Shown piece by piece: positions 11,401 through 25,595 of a DNA stretch of 64,000 nucleotides. Numbering within the stretch: the first letter of the stretch is position 1; every line of letters begins with the position of its first letter. Origin of the DNA: Dimorphilus gyrociliatus (Eukaryota; Animalia; Annelida); NCBI GenBank assembly GCA_904063045.1, contig CAJFCJ010000005.1, positions 3,811,689 to 3,875,688 of the forward strand. Reading direction: 5' to 3'. The notes under the pieces were generated by a model. The model was not told the DNA's origin. It searched no databases and worked only from the letters and a program-made list of their open reading frames with translations. The position numbers were made by a program, and so were the translations under genes.

Positions 11401-14027
11401 GAGATTAAGAGATAAAATGAATCTAACCATAAAGAGACGACATATTAGGAAAAGACGATGAATTAGGAAGAGAATCAAGGAGAGAAGAACGAGAAGAGCA
11501 AGGAAGATCTCTTTTTAAGATTGAGGGAATGAATGTGAGAGGATGAATAAAGAAGAAAATAAGTGGAATAAATAAGAATATAGATGAAGGAATTGAAGTA
11601 AGAATAAGAATGTGTTTTTAAATAGGGAAATTGTATAGGAAAAAAGTTAGGAACGACTATGCTATTCTTATGGAAGAAAGTGAAAGAAAAAGGTAGAGAG
11701 GAGGGGCGAGGGGGGACATAGTAGAAAAGAGAGGAGAAAAGTTAGTTTTGCATGACTCTGTCTCATTAAGTATTTTTTACGAGCGGAATTATTTCACGGC
11801 CAATTCGTCAATTATTCAACGTAATCCGGGAACTTTGAAAGAGATTAGAAGTTGTTAATATGTTCTCTTTAGAAGAAATTAACCACTAATAGTTGTAAAG
11901 ATTGTGAGACGGGTAAATAAATCATTCTGTTAGTGGTACCTTCCATCGAAGAACGTTAGGTTTACCGAAACGAACTTTGATTAGTTAATCAAATTGACGA
12001 CGTGCCGGCAGTTGGAACGTTAGCTTTTAGGTTGGTGGCGTTTAACGGTGACAACACTCTATACTACTTATATTCTCTTTAAAAGGGCGAAAAAGGGTGG
12101 ACAAATGAAATGATAATTGATTCCGAAAGCTTCGCGTCTGGCGATCATGAATTTTGCAAATGTGTCAATCTCGAGAGGACATTTTAAGTCCACCAGAGAT
12201 GAAACAGATAGATTTTCTCGCTTCTTACTGTTTGGACAAGGCTCTACCACTTTTCCTTTTATTACAGCCAAACTACAGTCGGAGAGCGGAGAGAGCATAA
12301 AGCTCCAACTATTATTCTCCCTGATCAGTCGTAATGCATGAGGTACCTTTAATGCTTTCGAATAATAGAAAGAACCTGACGCGGTGACGACGCTCAAAAA
12401 ATGTTCTGATCAATATAAACTATTTGCATAAGCTACTTAGGCCGTTCAGAATTGATTGAGCATGATGGATTTATTATCTTTACAAACAACCGTTTTACCA
12501 GACTATACGATAGCTGTTATCTTTATATTTCGCGCTTTAGGAGCCGTCGATTTTTTTATCGACCGACGTCCCTTATCTGCCGGAGGGTGGTGAGAGTAGA
12601 GAGGGTGAGAGAAGAAGAAAAAGGGGGCGAAAGCCTTGGGCCAAACCTTACACTGCTTATTACTGTTTTGCGGTTTTCTCTCCTTTAGTTTCCGAGAGAT
12701 GGACAGGTGTTGGAAATGGGATATGATGTAGATAACTAACGTTTAGAGCAGACGAATGACGCCATCTACGTTATCACACCGTGTTTGTATACTTCTTTAC
12801 TATGTTTAGGGTAAAATAAAGAAACAACAGAGATTTTCTCTGAAGAGCACAGGCACTCTTCCTAGTCCTCTTTTTCATCCTTAACCCCGTATTTCTCTTT
12901 TAACCTGATATAAAAGGTAGAGTGTGGCGATCGATAACTACTAGAGTAATTGGTCGGCTTAAAGAAAGAAAAAGAGGAAGAGAGGGGTTAAAGAGGGAGG
13001 AAGAGAGGGTAAGAACGCATCCGAATCAGATCATTTAATATTTGCATATTCCCATCACGAACATGCCTCTCCAATTGGCCTTTTCCAAGCTCCAAGCTTG
13101 ACTTTAAATTCTAAAAGGCCTAGTCTGATTATCGAGGACCTTGGATTATTTGAAAAGAATCGAACAAGAAAAATAGTCTTTTCTTCCAGGGGCTGAAACC
13201 GAAAGGATAACATTGAAAGATTACAGCGCCATCTTTAAGCTATACTTCAAGTTAAAATATATGTAAAAAAAACTTTTAACTAATTTAATCCGGTCATGAT
13301 CTTCTATGTTCCCTTCTTCGTCTAACCTCCTACCCCTCTCTAATTTTATTAACGGTTCAGCGAATTTTCCGGTAAATTAAGAAAAGGGTTAAGGAATCAC
13401 GACGAGGTAGAAGATTTTTTGACTAGATATATAAAACGGGGCATCCCTCTTTTTCCGGTTTTTGGCCTATAAATATTTACTTTAACGCTCGTTCAACTAT
13501 CACTTATCGACTTTGTTAAAAAATATTTGGCCTAATGCAAACAGCGTAATGGAGGAATTGGAAAATTAGTAATCTATACAAGATTCGTTCAATTCTTTAT
13601 CCATTACTCACATTTTGTTTATCGGTTTATTCTTAGCCTTTGTAAATAAGACTGTGCATGTAGTATCTCATATATCAAATAAGATAACCATTAGCTAGTA
13701 GCAGAATTGAATTTGATTTATTTCTTAGGCTTATTTATTTAGAGCATCGGATAGAAAATTATTCGATTCTCTTAATTTCTATTTTTTTCCAGAGAACGTA
13801 AAAAGCGACACCTGCTGGACCTGTAACGCTCTTCTTCAGACTTTATTGCTAGCAACTTGTGGAGGATTTTTCTTTTTCCATTCCTTTTCCCCGTCCTTTC
13901 CCTTCCCTATCTCCTCTTCTATTTTCCTAAATTTACTACTAAGTTGTGAAGAAAGATCATGTTAGATCCTTTCTACAGGGTCGACGAATTGTTATTATCT
14001 CTTTGAAGAGTTTCTTTTTTCTTTCCG

Positions 14028-16366
14028 CTACATCAACGCCCCTATTCCATCGCTACTAGCTCCTAGATAGAGATTCCAATAGAATATATTGAGTATTATA
14101 AAAGCCGTGGGGAAGAGAATTCTTGACACTTTATCGATCATGCTTACGGAATTTATACCATCTGAACTTCGAACTCTCATATGGCGATAAGATGAACTTG
14201 CAGTTAGACAATTATAAAATTTATAGCAGCAATTTTCTTTTCTCTTCCTCACTTGTGATTGGTTAACACAAGAGCCATTAAATTGCGCTGAATATTGCTT
14301 TGCTTTCGGTCTAAGGAAATAGCCTCTATTGTTACTATTATCCTGTAAGGGTCAATTAAAAATTGGTAACGGAGATATATAATGAAAAAACGATGAGGAA
14401 AAAGCTAAAAATAAAGAATGCCAAACGTTTTCAAAGCAAATTAGACTAATTGAATCTGTAGGAGAACGTGTACCTTTTCTTCCATTGAAAATCTAATATC
14501 AGTTGAATCTTCATCATCATTTTCGGCTAGATAGTCATCTTCCATATCTGACTCGAAGAAAACTTCACCACTTCCATGCTTTGTAAAAAAATGGACGCTT
14601 GCGAATTGTATAATAGCCGCTAATACGAAGGCGAAGCACATATTAACGAAATAGTCTAAAGCAGTTGAATATGAAACCTGTATGAATGGAATTAAAGTTT
14701 GAAAGTTGATCTAGAAGAACTTTTATATATATACAGTATATATATAAGTAATTTAATTTGGAACCTTTGGGAGATCATCCCGGTTATCGACTCCAACAAA
14801 AACCATGGTTAAAACCGTAGTTATACCTGTAGATAACGAAAGAAGAAAGAGATGAAAAGAGATATTTAGAATAAATATTATCTTTTAGGAAAGGATAACT
14901 AAAAGCAACTCTAATTTTTTCCGATCTACTCATTTAGTATAATATCATCTTTAAATTACTATTGTAATTTTATGTATTATCTACGATATTAGGTGTATAC
15001 AAAAAAAAAATATATATATATATAGACATATGCATATATATACAGTATATAATATACTATATATTTATATATATTTAATTACCTAACGTCATCCTGTCGG
15101 CTGTTGCTTCTCTGTTTATCCAAAAGGCAACCCAGGATAATATAACAAGAAGGGAACACGGAACATAAACGTTGATTAGAAAATAGCCCATGTGTCGTTT
15201 TAGCGTAAAAGTTACGTGGAGTAATGAAAATTGGCCTATTTCAAAGAAAATAACGAAAATCACTGAATTATGGTGACGGGAGGGAGAAATCGTTTACCTC
15301 TTGCGTGTGAAATTGTTCGATTTCCTTGTGGAAAGTCGATAAGATCAAACTGGGATAAAGTCATATCGGAAGCCATCTTGATCGAACTGCCCGCACCGTA
15401 GGTCCAAACGTACAAGACATCGGAAGTATCATAACCGTGACTGGCCAACCGTAGAGGGCAATTTTGCGTATCCATGGGAAAATTCTCCAGATGCATAGGG
15501 CACGTAGCCTTGATAGTTAACCTGTTATCAGTATATTAAGACCAGTCTAAGGAAAACATCTCTAAACTAATTCCCCAAAGAGTAAACGAATATATGGGTG
15601 GAATAGAATAGTTAGGAGTTTTTTTCAATTTAAATTGGAAAAAGTAGGAATACCTCATAGAATACAGAATTCTACCATCCTTATTGACCCTTAATAATTT
15701 ATTCGGAGAGGTCACTGTGTGTAAATAGGATTGTTTTCCATTTAAAAAATGTGTATCCGGTTTCCAAATCTTCTCTAAAAATGTAATACTGACACGAAGC
15801 GTTTCTATTTCACCAGAATCGAACTGCAGTCTCTTATCAACCCAACTTTGACGAAAGTAGCAATCCATTTGATATGCCATATCTCTTTCGGAGACTGGAC
15901 CCATACTTCTTACGTTTAGATTAACATCGACTAGAGTTGGAGAACCTATAGATAGAAATTGATACCTTCTCAAAATGCACTTGAGTATTCTTAAGATTTG
16001 GGCATAAGAAAAAGGAGAGTAAAGAAATGAGGATTTTTAGTTAATCATAATGATAATTCTAGTAATTAATCAAAAAAATATGAAAAGAAAGGATAAACCA
16101 TAAGGATCAATTTTAATTTAAAGGAACTTTAGAGAAAAGATAAATATTTCTAAATGCTTCAATTTAAACTATTAAAGGTTAAATTTAATTTAAAAGGTTT
16201 GTTAATCACCTCCAAATCCAGGTCTCAATCTTTTATCATATCCCCGTAAGAGTTTGTTTAATAGTTGAGTAGTGTTCTGGACGATTTCTTCTCGGCTAGA
16301 GGTATTATTCTTAGAAAGTGCCGAACTGAAAAAATTTGTTGTGAAAAGGATAAGTAGAAGAATCAT
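14028..16366 (-). CDS. Grd: GABA-receptor subunit of the GRD/CG8916-like clade
   Basis: Exons 16366-16210 (signal peptide, LLRGYDKRLRPGFG), 15945-15654, 15521-15298 (Cys-loop CPMHLENFPMDTQNC), 15235-15083, 14826-14765, 14677-14474, 14342-14028; all GT-AG and in phase. M2 region EATADRMTLGITTVLTMVFVG carries the ADR filter typical of insect GRD. Clade call is from recalled motif similarity. Confidence 0.88.
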
Positions 16367-18575
16367 TGTTTATTAAAAAATTTCAGTAGTTGAGAAGATA
16401 ATCCGCTTTTTGTTTTGTAGTAGAAAATAAATAATTTTTTATCAAATGAAATGAAAGTACGATTTTGTTGCACAAATAAAATTAATGTATTCTTCTTATT
16501 TTCTTCTATCTCCTTTCCACTCTCTCTCGCTTTTGTGTATGTGTGTCTCGCTCGCTCATTCGTTTACTCGTTCGTCCGTTCTTCAGTTTCGCTGCCTTTC
16601 TTGTTTTCTCATTCTTCTATCTATATTTATGTCCTTCCTACTATCTTTCTCTCTCCCTCTCTCTTTCTGGAATAAGAACTGTCTTGCTTTTCACTTTTAA
16701 TGTTGAAATAAAACAGTTCTTGTGACCTCTTGTTTTTAACCTCACAGCTCAAAAGTACGTTTCATAACAAACAACTTTCGATCAACTTAATTCCAGATGG
16801 CGCCTACGTTTTAAATTGTTTGCATAATATTGCTTTCCAGTAGGAGATGAAAAATATTTTCACCAATAGAATTTGATTCGGATTTAACAATAAAACGGTT
16901 TAATATTGCGCAATCCTAAAACCTCTCGTTCTTTGATAAAGCTAAGTTAAGTTAAGTTTACAAGTTCCACGTACAATTCGAAACTGATTACGCGATTGAG
17001 TTAGCTCAAATAAAATCATTAGGATCAAATCAATTAGTAGTTTAGTCGTTTTATTTTATTAGTAAATTATTCATTAAAGCATTTTTTTACCCAAAAAAGA
17101 CTTTTCCTGAACACGGAGACGGCAGATGGCGTTTTATTATTGTAGCTTGAATGATTCTTAAACTGTTCATAAACAAATTAAAATAAGAGTTAATTAAAAC
17201 AAAGCTGGATAATCTTATTTATCATATTAATAAGCTGTATATTAAAGGAATCAAAGAAATGTTGATGTCTCTAAAAGGACGTTAACGAATGTGTTGACGT
17301 CATAAAGGGAAATAAGATATTAAATATCCATTTGTCTTTTTTACCTGTCTTCGCTCACATATTTATAATCTTTCTATCTATTCCCATAGATAATAATACT
17401 CATTCTAAACTCTTTAAGACAGACTTTCCTACTCTGCCTTCAGCCCTTCCTCATTCTCTCTCTCTCTTTTTTCTCTAGACTTTTATCTTTCTTTATCTTT
17501 ATCTCTTTCTCCTTTAAGTACTAGAGATGTTTCAAATATATCCAAAAAAAAGGGTTCGACTCTACCATTAATAATGAAAATATAGAACAAGGAAAGCGAA
17601 GAAAATAATATAATTAATTTATTCTAATTTAAATAATTGAATCTTATGAATATTCACAAACTTGAAACATAATTATATACTGTATATATCATCAATTTGT
17701 ATTTAAATATATATATATATATATATATATATTGATATATATACTTCTTTTGCTGACTTCTTTTTCTTTTAAAAAAAAAATGAAAAGTAGGTTACAAATT
17801 TTTCAACTGTGATATATTTAAAAAAAAAAGACTTTTTGACCCTATTAAGTTCTTATTTTTTACTAGATAAAGATAATTCGTAAATGTATTATAGATGATA
17901 ATCACTTATAAGTAGATTATAAGAGTTAGCCACTTTTTTGCACAGCTTTAGTACGAAATCAAACATTAAGAAAATTATTTTAATTTTTTTTTATAAAAAA
18001 AAAATAGGAAATAAATGAAATTCGTACCTTATTAAAATAATGGCAAGGCTAAAATAAACAAGTAAGCACTTTACTCTCAGGTAGCACATTACCAATTTAT
18101 GCAGACACAATGAATTCGACTGCAGACTCTTATAAACACTGGCGCGACCTGTAAAATTCTTAACACTGCAAAACTTTTTTCAGTCTCTTCCTAAGATTAA
18201 AACCAGACTGACTTAGCCTAAAGGAATCATTTTTTTCTTTCTTAAATACTTTCCGACAAACTCTTTGGCGAAAGAAAAGATTATTTGTAGTTTCTAATAA
18301 TCTAACTTTAATTATTAATACCCGGGTATTAGTAGTATTAATACAGTTTCTATAAAAGTTGTTTTTTTAAAAAAAAAATGTAAATAATTGTTTCTCTTTA
18401 ACAGAATAAAGTCTATATAATGTCCACAAAGCTCCTTTAATTTTCCCTTCTTCGATTATTTGTAATACCTTAATAATGAATAGTGTAACGCTTATATCTG
18501 AATGGAAAATTACCCTGTAGTTACTATATATAGTCTAAATATAAAGGGAGGGAGAGAAAGAAAGATAGATAGATC

Positions 18576-18611
<36 letters not shown>

Positions 18612-21600
18612 AAATCTGACGCTAACACGGTATAAACAAAGCCTATTGACCATTACACCAATCTCAGATAATGTGGAAACTGTGGCCTAAATAGCGTAAA
18701 TCTAGACAAGCTAATTTTCTTTTCTCAGCATTAACTAATGTAGAAATGAAGAGTATTACAATATCAGTAAGATAAAGTATATAGAATATGGATATACAGA
18801 AGGAACATAACAGCGTACTGCCCAGAAAAAAATGTAATCTTGTAATCCTGTTAATGTTAATGATATGAGTAGTTTTTGCACCTTCGAGCGAAGGACGATA
18901 CTTTCTTAAAATATGAAAGCCTCTGATGAATTTAGATTTTTCTTTTCTTCCATCTACTTTACGTCGAGGTTCCTATCATGTTTTCTTAAATACTTGACCA
19001 ATCTAAATTTATGTATACAGTACATATACTGTATATATATTTATTTATTCTCTTGCTATATAAAGAGCAGAAGGGAGATAGGATTGAAAATTGGATTTAG
19101 CTGATAAAATGGCTACGTTTTTAGCCTATTAAAATGTGAGAGAAATTTTTTATAATCACTGAGAATGGTTGTTGTAAAATTTTCCTCATAACACATATTC
19201 TATAATCCATTGTTCTCTTGCTAAATATTGTTTAGTGAAGCCTTTCAAAACTCTTGAAAACATTCATTTCTTCTCATTCCTTCTCAAAAAAAAGGACATT
19301 TAATTAGAGATGTAATTATACTCAAAAAATAGGATGACTTTGAAGACTATTTAGGAAGATTTGAATTAAAAAAAAATACTAAAAGAAGGAAAGAAGAAAA
19401 GAGAATAGTAAAACTAAATAAAATATAAAAAACAGAGATTTTCTTTTTTCTACAAAGGTGTACATATGCTATTATAATAATTTTGTGACAAAGTCTTTTT
19501 ACACTAATACACTTTCAGCACGAAATGTCGATTACTTTGGCAGTTATACGATAAGAAAACTCATAGTTTTAGCTTCTTAGTTCTGTAATTATAAGACTTC
19601 TAATTAGTCTAAAAATAAATTATTAATAATTTAAAGAATTTTTGATATATACAGTATATAAATTAATTATGTAGAGAATTTTGGAGATATTTCTACCGTT
19701 ATTGTCTGAAATATAATTATCAGCTCTTATTAACACCATTCTACTTTTCTTGTTATTTTTTACCAGTTTTTTAATGTCCTAAACTAATGACATAGTTACA
19801 TTTGTAATAAAAATACTCTCTGATAGATGGCATTACAAACTGGAAATTTTTTGCAGTACTTTAAATTTCACTGTTGGATGACATTTTTGAAATGATATTA
19901 AAAAGGATTATGAAAGGAAACCCTTTAACTATGACAACCGATCATTTCTTATGAAAATCCTTTTATATTTCCTTATTAAAATGGTTTTTGTCTGGCTTTC
20001 TCTCTCATTTGTCATTCGTATATCTTTTTCCTTCTTTTCCTCTCTCTCTCTCTCTAGCCTGCTGTCTTATTCTTCTGTCATTAGTATATTAATTGCTTAA
20101 CCAAGCAGAAAATTAAAAAAAAGAGTAAAGCTGATTCGATCGATTATATATTTATGTTCGAACATTTGTGTAATTGCCGTAAGGCGCTTGATAAAGGTCG
20201 TTCTTCGTTTATTTCACCTTCGACAGATTCTCAAGGGATAGGTTGGCTGATGGAAACATAAAAACACATTAGGCAACAAACTAAAATTCAATTTACCTTA
20301 CTAATAATTTATTTATGAATAACTTGATATACGTTCAAAAACCAGAGAGCAGAATAAAGTTAGCAAGCTTTGTACCTAATAGACAGTTTCTCACCTATCC
20401 TGTTAAAGAAATTAAGTGTGACGCTTGCTTGACATTTTCTTTGTAATGTGAGACAGCCAACGATTAAAGGGGGATTGTTGACATTGCTCTACATAATCCT
20501 AAAAGGATTTTACGAGGAACTTGGGAAATTTTTGGCCTTCGCAATTTATCATTTCTCTTTCTGTCGACGGGAGTGAAACAGATAGAGAAATGGATTAAGA
20601 GAAAGAATGAAAGAGAATAAGAGAAAGAGAGAGTAGAGGAAAAATACAATATAAACAAATAAACAATTAAACTTGGTGTCATTTCAAGGTTGTATTTATT
20701 CAATTGTTTATTATTAGCAGACTATATTTTTTTTTAACTCCTGCATCTTCAAATGACATTTGACTATTTGAATATAATATTATAAAGTATATATGAATAT
20801 ATCACTGAATAGCAAAAAGAGCGATATTACAGAATTAAAAAATCATGAACATTAATTGTTATTTTAGATATGATGAAGCTTATTCTCACGACTTTAATAT
20901 TCTATGTAAGTTTAGTTATCCGAAACGCTAGTCACGAACGCTTGGAGCATAATTCAATTTCGTGACGCTGTAAGAAAGATGATCTGACCACACCCCCTGT
21001 AACCAAGGGGCGTTCTTGAACGGGGGGTTTGGTTCTTTAAATATTTATTGAATTTTAGTCGAATTATTTCATTACGTAATTGAATTTTTAGTATTATTTA
21101 GTTAAGAAATTAATAATAATTTTGCATCAGTTAGCATTAAAAAATAACAGTAAACTTTCAAAAGATGCTTGAACAGTTCATCCTTTGGGGAACGCCTTTA
21201 AGGTATATTCGTCACGATTTTCATCCCATGAAAATAGTGTATAAATAGGGTGCAACTACGTCAGTGTTTAAGAGCGAGCTGAACAGACCAGCTTCAAGAA
21301 GAAGAAAAAACATAAAGAAGGAGATGAAAATTGAAAACTTTACTTTGCTTCCTTATTCAAACTTGAAAAAAGAAACGGATTGCGAAAGACAGGTTTCTCA
21401 AATCGAATGCTGAAAACCGATTCATTCGTTGTTGTAGAAACCTGCATTTCGTTCTCCAACTTTCATCAAAATAAAAAATTTTTTAGGTTTAATTTTTTTT
21501 TAAAGAAACAAAATTTTTCTTAGGAAAGATACTTTCCTCTTTTAAAATGATAAATTTTCTCTTGTTTTCCTCAATTTTTCTGTCTTCTAATTGTATATAG

Positions 21601-24600
21601 AGTATAATAGCTGTACAAATCTCCATTTACTTTTTCTTTTTGTACACTTTTTTTAATTATTTCACTATTTCTATCTCTAAATACTTTTAGGAACGAAAAG
21701 AGAATCTGATAGGAAGAAGTGTATTTTTTTATATTAATAATAAAATATATAAGTTTAGATGCTTTTCAAAAGCAAAATAACGTCTAGAGGAAGAGGAAAA
21801 AACTATAGAGTTACTTAAACAAAAAGATAGGCTGATGGAATAGTTGACTGACAGCCAGAAAGAACAGAACAGAAGAGAAATATAATAAAAAATTAACAGA
21901 CTATTATACTACATATATCTGTAATAGAAACGAGTAAGAGACGAAGAAAGGTAGAGTCCATAAAACATTGCTCGTATTACCGAAAAAATCAGATGGGTCT
22001 TAATAATTTAATGGATTTTTTCTTTCTTTCATGATCTCCGTCCTTAGTTTCCCCTTTTGCTGAAAAAGAAACGTCCGTTGATAAGGTCAATTCTTAATTT
22101 ATTATTCATTAGCATTAATTACAGTTTATGAGTATTAAATATTTTCCCTAATAAATGTATTATACTGCTAATTAATTATAAATTAAGAAGTCTGTTCTTT
22201 AAATATCCGTAGTTTATAATTTATTATTGATAAATAGCTGGAAATTTGCAGACGAGTTTGCAGATTTTTCTCGTTATTCTTTAATTTTATAAGGTTGATA
22301 TTAAAACGTTTTCTGTCTATTTTTCGCACCTATTGAATATTTCTTGTTCTCTCTCATTCCATTTTTTCATTCTCTTTCTCTCTCTCTCTCTCCTTCTAGC
22401 TTTCTCACATTCAAGGTTTGCATATGCAATATTTCTCACTTAATACAAACAAAATTATCAGTAAAATACCAGACAGCTCCTATTACTTCCAATTGGTTTT
22501 CATTCTCAGACAAATATGTTTACGACATAAGTAAGGAAAATGAATATAACTGTAATAAGCCAGTTTATAACTCTATATAAAAAAAACATACAACAACTAT
22601 TTATTAAAAATGATCATCTCTTTAAGAAAAAACACAATGAACGACAATAAATATTGAACAAGCCATTTTCTTCCCAGACTTTTTAACAATGTTGACTTTA
22701 TTATTGATATAATCCAGACCTACTGCAATAATTAGACTTTGTAAGCCAATGCAGTAGCATAAAAAAAGAGACAAGATAAACAATTATGAGATTAGAAATC
22801 GTAAAAGATAAATTTCTGTTGAAATTATATTTTTCATCATAACGACTATTAATTCATCTATAGGATTGGTCTACTATAGAAAATAGGTTTATTTTTAGCG
22901 TTTTGTTTAAATTGAACTAGAAAATAAAAAACAAAATAGAATGTTATAGGCTTAAAGAAGTTAATTATAAAATAGCAAAGAGAAAAAACATGAAAATTCA
23001 AGCTGAAGTATCACATTTCAATTATGTTCTACTTTTAGATCTTGAATGTATTGTATGTAAAACAGGATTAAAGTTAAATACAAGTATTTAGTAGATAATC
23101 ATTATAAACAAACATACGAGTGTTTTTTTTTATATATCAATACAGTATAATCTTATAATTGAGTTAGTAATTAAGAAACATATGATTGAATAAAATCTAT
23201 GTGAATTGTAAAGATTTTCTTTTATCTCTTTACATCTCTTTTTCTTTAATTAGATAATAATAGATATGCTAATCTTATTATAAATGATAATTATGATTTA
23301 CTGTTTTCTCTTTCTCTTCTTCTTCTATTGTCATAACGTAAAAGATATATGAACTAATAAGTTGATATTTTACTTCAATTAGTATTAAATTCCTTCTTTA
23401 ATTAATATTATATTTCTTTCATTGTCTATTAAATAAAAAAAAACACCAGTTTTGATCTTTGTGAAAATTAAAACCTCCTTTTCTCTTTTATCTTTGTTCT
23501 CCTTCCCATTTCATATTCATTCCGACAGATGGCGTTCTAGCGCGATGCATTAACAAACTCTTTCAGTCTGATGTTAAAATACGTTAATTATGGTTTCATA
23601 GATATAAGCGAGTACTTGTATAGTTGGTATCAAATAAACGTAACGAAATAGCAGATAAGTAAAAGATACAGTTTCAAATAGTTAAAAAAGTTAAAAAATA
23701 TAGAGATTGTTCATAATTTAAGATAATTAATATGGAAAACCGGAAGTAAAAAGAGTAAACGAAAGAAGAATTTAAAGTTTTACAGGTAAAGATGGTTATT
23801 TAAGAAGTAAAAATCAATTTTTTTGTAAGATAGCCTCGTTTTGTTCGTTTTGATTAAGTAAAGAAAGAAAGAAAGAAAGAAAGAAAAGTTTAAAACGTCT
23901 GTTTGCATAACTTGTTTAAAGATTTGTTTAAGGATATAAAGATTTTATGAGTTACTCTTCAATTCAGTAAAGTTTAATGAATTTTCAATTTTGAACATAT
24001 TATATACAGTATATATACAGTATATATATATATAATGTACATAGTATTTGAATTAATCATTATTTAAAAATTGTCTATTAGCAAGTTTTTCAATATCTAT
24101 AGATTACCGCACAAGTTATATTTATGCAGAAGATACAAAGTAATAACTTACGATTAGGATACCTACCATACTAAAACAATAACATTTCTAGATATCCAGT
24201 CTATGGTACATATATATATATATATTTAAATGTGTTAAATGAAACTATAACTCTCACTAATGCAAGATAATTTAGTTTCTACTCGCTCTTTTGTTAATTT
24301 AATTTTTACCAGTTTTCATTATTGACCAAACTAAAACCAATTAATTAATTGAAATATTTTTTTCTATATATTGCATGACATACATATATACAGTATATAT
24401 ATACTTGCATAACTAGACCTACAACTTTACTGACACTATATTATGTAATGTAAATAAATTGTGAAGACCTCATGCCAAGAGTTTAGTAAGCAAACGGAAA
24501 GAGACTCTATAACGGTCATAAAGCCGTATGTAGTTATTTATTTAATATTAATTAGGAGGGGTGGAAGTAAGGCTAGAATTCATAAGAATTCATGACAAGT

Positions 24601-24935
24601 CCTCGTCTTTGACATCATTGTCTGCAGGTCTTTACGTAAGGCCAAATTCTTTAAGTTTTTGTATACAGTCTCTTCAAAGTCACACGTAATTTGATTTAAA
24701 AAAAATATGAAATCTTTTCTGTTTATCTTATCGCTAAGGTCTCAAGAGGCCACTTCTAAGCCGATTAAGCAAGTATATATTTAAAGCGACGCTAGGCGGC
24801 ATAATTTTTCCATAACCCAACGGATGCTCACCTTGTCGATTACGTAATTGCTTAAGGGATAAATTTTTAAAGGGAGAAGAGAAAAGGATTAAAGGAAGAA
24901 GATAGATTGTCCAAAGTTTGGACGACGTTTCGATA

Positions 24936-25343
24936 ATGGGATGCTCCTCTTCGAAAACACCCGATGTTGTGTCTATCCAACGTCAGCAGACGCCTATTAG
25001 AGATGCCGGTCTTCTCACGCCTAGAAGTATAAATATTACTGGCGCCGTCGAGTGGCAGGGCAACGTGTTAGCAAATAATGAAAAAACATGTACTCATTCT
25101 ATTCAATACTCTTCCACAACTTCGTTTTCAGAGCGTCAAACTAGCGACTATGGGAGTGGAAAACCCCACTCTTCAGACAATGAATCTTCAATATGCGACG
25201 ATACAGCAAGCTTAGGAACGTCGCTAGAAGATTTCGGGTGTGACGAAGAACTAGAAGAGTTAATGAGGGCAAATCTCTTAAAAACCAGGCCAGGAGCAGC
25301 TAAGCGCCAGCGTTCATTTGAACTAACCAATAAACTTGAATAA
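24936..25343 (+). CDS. Intronless 135-aa Ser/acidic-rich protein with N-terminal MGCSSSK lipidation motif
   Basis: Open frame in a GC-richer island. The in-frame ATG at 24936 gives MGCSSSK, fitting N-myristoylation (G2, S6) plus palmitoylation (C3). No family recognised. Confidence 0.6.
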   Translation: MGCSSSKTPDVVSIQRQQTPIRDAGLLTPRSINITGAVEWQGNVLANNEKTCTHSIQYSSTTSFSERQTSDYGSGKPHSSDNESSICDDTASLGTSLEDFGCDEELEELMRANLLKTRPGAAKRQRSFELTNKLE

Positions 25344-25595
25344 AGCGATACAAAACTAATAATATATAGGACATTTTAGAAGTTTGAAGAAATGATGATT
25401 GATAATATTATTTTCTAAAAAGTTTGCTTTGTATTAAAGAGATATTAAAATGCTGACATTTTACTCGTACAGTATTGTATAATACCATAACTACAGTTAT
25501 ATACAACTATACATCGACTATCATATATTTTAATATCGAACCTCTCTCAATTAAAGTATATTTTTAATCAGTAAACAGTAAACTGTTTTATCAGA

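Noticed and set aside
12068-12397. 109-aa minus-strand ORF and overlapping plus-strand ORF
   Set aside because: No recognisable motif and no consistent splice partners; treated as chance ORFs in a GC-richer non-coding island.
17552-17566. GGTTCGACTC tRNA T-loop/B-box-like motif
   Set aside because: No acceptor stem, D-arm or anticodon arm upstream; the flanking sequence is AT-rich.
21324-21843. Possible small spliced gene (MKIENF...ERQ plus a coiled-coil-like RLEEEEK fragment)
   Set aside because: The pieces cannot be joined in frame without implausibly short introns, and stops intervene.
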